The translations under genes and the position numbers were made by a program. 7,435 nt of DNA, taken from the NCBI GenBank assembly GCA_000004985.1, contig GG739138.1; one strand, written 5' to 3'. Shown here one piece after another: positions 7,241-7,435 of the stretch. Position 1 is the first letter of the stretch. Each line of letters begins with the position of its first letter. The DNA comes from Naegleria gruberi. Lineage: Eukaryota. The notes under the pieces are model-generated. The model did no database searches. It saw only the letters and a program-made list of their open reading frames with translations, and was not told where the DNA came from.

Positions 7241-7248
7241 TATATAAG
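7241..7248 (+). promoter_or_regulatory. TATA-like element TATATAAG immediately upstream of the ORF start.
   Basis: tatataag at 7241-7248 lies only 14 bp before the ATG at 7262. That is too close for a budding-yeast TSS downstream of the TATA but ahead of this ATG, so either the element is not a functional TATA or translation starts at a later Met. Confidence 0.2.
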
Positions 7249-7261
7249 AATTAAGAAAAAA

Positions 7262-7435
7262 ATGTTAGAAATGGATGATTTGATGGAACTATTGCAAAGC
7301 TCAATGGCTCTTGAGGATGATGAGCTTGAGAAAATCAAGTTGGCTCTTTATGAAAACGTTATAAGATTGTCAGAGCATTTGTTGGATGAAAATGAGGAGT
7401 CTTTGGAATTGATTGGCTTGAAGAGAAGAGTTGCA
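7262..7435 (+). CDS. 5' end of a plus-strand protein-coding gene that continues past the window. N-terminal 58 aa: MLEMDDLMELLQSSMALEDDELEKIKLALYENVIRLSEHLLDENEESLELIGLKRRVA. Acidic, helical and Leu-rich.
   Basis: ATG at 7262-7264 follows an A7 run (aaaaaaaATG, favourable yeast context). There is an in-frame upstream stop TAA at 7217-7219. The frame is open to the window end. Leu codons are mostly TTG and Arg is exclusively AGA (budding-yeast-like bias). The ORF track does not list it, presumably because its length is below the track cutoff. I could not place the product in a named family. Confidence 0.6.
   Translation, partial: MLEMDDLMELLQSSMALEDDELEKIKLALYENVIRLSEHLLDENEESLELIGLKRRVA

Larger units (their letters stand above)
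6301..7261. promoter_or_regulatory. About 960 bp of divergent intergenic/promoter region between the minus-strand start (6300) and the plus-strand start (7262). It is AT-rich with poly(dA:dT) tracts, TATA-like boxes and several repeated motifs.
   Basis: No ORF longer than 37 codons. A8 at 6355-6362 and T8 at 6573-6580. TATATAA at 6671-6677. Further TATATAT at 6855-6861 and 6953-6959. Repeats and palindromes are listed separately. Confidence 0.4.

Noticed and set aside
6301-7261. Search for tRNA genes or an ARS consensus (WTTTAYRTTTW) in the intergenic region.
   Set aside because: No B-box (GGTTCGANTCC) or cloverleaf-compatible segment was seen, and no exact 11/11 ARS match was found by eye. 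Near-matches in AT-rich DNA are not informative without computation.

Overview
About 71% of this window (899-6157, 5,259 N) is an assembly gap. Only 898 bp on the left and 1,278 bp on the right can be read, so any system inside the gap cannot be assessed from this sequence. The readable DNA looks like an AT-rich budding-yeast-type eukaryotic locus: AGA and TTG codon preference, A-rich context before ATG, TATA boxes, poly(dA:dT) tracts, no introns, and no prokaryotic operon signals. The left flank has the 3' end of a plus-strand gene (1-453) encoding a charged coiled-coil followed by an S/T/P-rich tail. A yeast-type 3'-end signal follows it, and there is a possible convergent minus-strand C-terminus at 703-898. 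The right flank has a candidate minus-strand N-terminus (6300 running down into the gap) and a plus-strand gene start at 7262 that runs off the window. Between them is a ~960 bp divergent promoter region. That promoter region is unusually rich in repeats and symmetric motifs. It holds a perfect 13-bp inverted repeat inside a cluster of 10 GGAT cores. It has three direct GATAA motifs, a tandem duplication of a 10-bp palindrome, two dispersed repeat pairs and two CCCCT stress-element motifs. Both gap edges are GT-rich on the plus strand (CA-rich, encoding K/Q/T/H-rich peptide on the minus strand). The minus strand is open in one frame on both sides. I therefore think the gap most likely hides the repetitive middle of one large low-complexity minus-strand gene. 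An LTR retroelement is the alternative. No RNA genes, CRISPR arrays or prokaryotic defence or mobile systems can be supported from what is visible.
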